This document shows, piece after piece, positions 61,823 through 64,000 of a DNA stretch of 64,000 nucleotides. A program made the translations under genes and the position numbers. The DNA is from Oscillibacter sp. (GTDB taxonomy: Bacteria > Bacillota > Clostridia > Oscillospirales > Oscillospiraceae). Position 1 is the first letter of the stretch. Each line of letters begins with the position of its first letter. The notes under the pieces are model-generated. The model was given only the letters and a program-made list of their open reading frames with translations. It had not been told where the DNA came from and searched no databases. The DNA is taken from positions 4,933 to 68,932 of the forward strand of contig JAHHSA010000005.1 of NCBI GenBank assembly GCA_020025475.1, written 5' to 3'.

Positions 61823-62854
61823 ATGAGAGCAAAGATTGCGGCATTGCTGCTGCTGTTTCTGCTGTCCCTGGGGCTGACCGGCTGTATCCGGCAGCAGCCT
61901 CCGGTCTTCCGAATTGGTGTGGCCCTCTATTCTCAGGAGGATACGTTTATTTCCACCGTGGGACAGAAAATGGAAAGACTGGCTAAGGAAGAGGAACAAA
62001 AGCGTGGCATAAAAATCAATGTGACGCTGGTGGACGGGGACCGCTCCCAATCTGTGCAGAACGAGCAGGTGGACCGGTTTTTAAACCAGGGCTATGATAT
62101 CATCTGTGTCAATATTGTTGATCGCACGGCGGCGGCGGTCATCGTGGATAAGGCCCAGAGGGCCAACGTGCCAGTGCTCTTTTTCAATCGGGAACCGGTG
62201 GAAGAGGATCTGGACCGCTGGGAGTCAGCCTACTATGTGGGGGCGGACGGCGCCCAGGCAGGCCGAATGCAGGGACAGCTGGTTCTGGATGCCTGGCATG
62301 AGCGGCAGGAGATCCTGGACCGAAACGGCGACGGCATATTGCAGTATGTGATGCTGGAGGGGGAACCGGGGCATCAGGATACTTTGCTGCGCACGGAGTA
62401 CAGCATCAAGACCCTTCAAGAGGCAGGGGTGCCTCTGGATCGGCTGGGCAGCAGTACCGCTGACTGGCAGCGGGGCAAGGCCAGACTGAAAATGGAACAG
62501 TGGCTCAAAGAGACGGACACCACAATTGAGGCAGTATTTGCCAACAATGACGACATGGCTCTGGGCGTCATTGATGCCTGCCTGAAAAGCGGAATGCAGC
62601 CACAGGATCTGCCTCTGGTGGTGGGGGTGGACGCCACGGAGGAAGCTGTTCAGGCCGTCCGGGATGGCCACATGGCAGGAACCGTCCGCAATGACGCCGA
62701 GGGTGAGGCGGCCTGGATGATACAGGTGGCCTGCACCCTGATGGAGAGCAAGCCACTGGAGGAGGTAGTGGAGCTGGTGGATGACCACTACATTTGGCTG
62801 GAGTATAGCCTGGTGGATCAGGCCGCTGCCATTGCAGAGGAACAGGCACCGTGA
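61823..62854 (+). CDS. Second MglB-like galactose-binding lipoprotein
   Basis: Lipobox LTGC, VPVLFFNRE, DRNGDG, ANNDDMALG, VGVDA. Confidence 0.88.
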   Translation: MRAKIAALLLLFLLSLGLTGCIRQQPPVFRIGVALYSQEDTFISTVGQKMERLAKEEEQKRGIKINVTLVDGDRSQSVQNEQVDRFLNQGYDIICVNIVDRTAAAVIVDKAQRANVPVLFFNREPVEEDLDRWESAYYVGADGAQAGRMQGQLVLDAWHERQEILDRNGDGILQYVMLEGEPGHQDTLLRTEYSIKTLQEAGVPLDRLGSSTADWQRGKARLKMEQWLKETDTTIEAVFANNDDMALGVIDACLKSGMQPQDLPLVVGVDATEEAVQAVRDGHMAGTVRNDAEGEAAWMIQVACTLMESKPLEEVVELVDDHYIWLEYSLVDQAAAIAEEQAP

Positions 62855-62947
62855 TCGGCGCTCCAACCGCTGCCCCTTCATACAGATAACAGGCTGTCTA
62901 ACAAATGGGGTGCAGTTCACTCGTCAGCGCACGGCGTTTTATTCTGC

Positions 62948-63766
62948 TTAACGTACCTCCCGGTAGGCGGAAGGGCTGACCCCCAGCTCCCGTTTGAAGG
63001 CACGGGAGAAGTAAAAAGGATCGTCATAGCCTACAGAGGCCGCAACAGCACTGACAGAGAGCTGGCTGTGGCGCAGCAGCTGACAGGCCCGCTGTAAGCG
63101 GTAACGGGTCAGATAGGTGCTGGGAGAACAGCTGAATTCCACCTGGAAGGCCCGATAGAGGTAGCTGCGGGAAATCCCGGTCTGGCGGGCCAGATCCGCT
63201 ACAGTGATGGATCGGGAGTAGTTCTGCCGCAGATATACCGCTCCCTGGCGGGCATAGTCTGAAAGGGCCTCCCGGCCGCTGCGGGGGCTGGGAACCATCA
63301 AAAGGCCCAGGGCTGCCTGCAGATACCCGGCCATGCGGACGGAGCTGGCGTAATCGCTGCCCCGGGCTTTGTAGATATCCAGCAGCCCCTGCCGCAGATG
63401 TTCCCCTGCCGAGACGTGCAGCACCGGCGTCCGGCGGGAAAAGGGGGTCTGATCCAGCAGCAGCCTGGCACTGGGACCGGCAAAGCCCACCCAGTAATAT
63501 TCCCAGGGGTCCTGGCTGTCTGCCTGATAGAAGATGGGGACGTCCGGCCCAGCCAGGAAAGCATCCCCCGCCGAGAGGACAAAAGTCCTGCCCTCAAACT
63601 GGTAGCTTCCCCGGCCGGAGACCACATAGTGCAGCAGATAGTGATCCCGGACACCGGGCCCCCAACCGTAGTTGGGGGGGCATTTCTGAAATCCTGCATT
63701 ATAAACTGTGAGAGACAGTTCGGCCTGCGGGACTGCTTTGAAAGAGTATTTGAAATCCATGCCCAT
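62948..63766 (-). CDS. AraC-family transcriptional regulator
   Basis: GPGVRDHYLLHYV cupin domain; SVGYDDPFYFSRAFK HTH. Confidence 0.93.
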   Translation of the reverse strand: MGMDFKYSFKAVPQAELSLTVYNAGFQKCPPNYGWGPGVRDHYLLHYVVSGRGSYQFEGRTFVLSAGDAFLAGPDVPIFYQADSQDPWEYYWVGFAGPSARLLLDQTPFSRRTPVLHVSAGEHLRQGLLDIYKARGSDYASSVRMAGYLQAALGLLMVPSPRSGREALSDYARQGAVYLRQNYSRSITVADLARQTGISRSYLYRAFQVEFSCSPSTYLTRYRLQRACQLLRHSQLSVSAVAASVGYDDPFYFSRAFKRELGVSPSAYREVR

Positions 63767-63921
63767 GAATCTGCCCCCTCACACTGATTTCCATTATTTT
63801 CAGTGTACTCCTCCTGAATCGATTAGGCAACAAAAATCCATGGAAAGAGAGACGGGAGTGAATGGCAAAATCAGGGGAAAGCTGATAGGGTTAAGATATG
63901 AAACATAAGGAGGATCTGTCT

Positions 63922-64000
63922 ATGGAACATCTTGCCGCCCGGCTAAATGCCGGCGAGTTTGACGAAACCCTCACCCGCCTCTATGGTGCCCATCACCTCA
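63922..64000 (+). CDS. Start of a probable galactokinase (truncated by window edge)
   Basis: AAGGAGG RBS; MEHLAARLNAGEFDETLTRLYG resembles the N-terminus of clostridial GHMP kinases; galactose-cluster context. Confidence 0.5.
   Translation, partial: MEHLAARLNAGEFDETLTRLYGAHHL

Overview
This is the chromosomal replication-origin region of a GC-rich Clostridia/Bacillota genome; gene content suggests Oscillospiraceae (inference). The centre holds the canonical jag-yidC-yidD-rnpA-rpmH / dnaA-dnaN-yaaA-recF-remB-gyrB-gyrA block, with a bipartite oriC flanking dnaA and three parS sites. The left arm is housekeeping: dut, maf, mreC/mreD/PBP2, a GH13 enzyme, parAB, serS, mscL, rsmG, minD, an mgsA-like gene, hisS-aspS with an Asp-type T-box, a GH3 enzyme, an AlaX-like editing protein, an LTA synthase, glyS with a Gly T-box, and a Na/Pi transporter. 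The right arm has rnhA, nadE, a Cd/Zn efflux operon, a two-component system, a group B [FeFe]-hydrogenase and a galactoside ABC/sensing/galK cluster. I saw no CRISPR array, rRNA, tRNA, prophage or transposase. Best leads: (1) a stand-alone chromosomal gene resembling the DUF1874/AcrIII-1 ring-nuclease fold but lacking the catalytic His, with its own promoter, operator-like repeat and terminator; (2) a ~175-nt structured RNA after aspS; (3) two orphan sRNA candidates with pyrimidine-rich loops; (4) satellite DnaA-box clusters using a TTTTCCACA variant; (5) apparent catalytic-site losses in NadE, MgsA and MinD. All family calls come from motif recognition by eye, not database searches.
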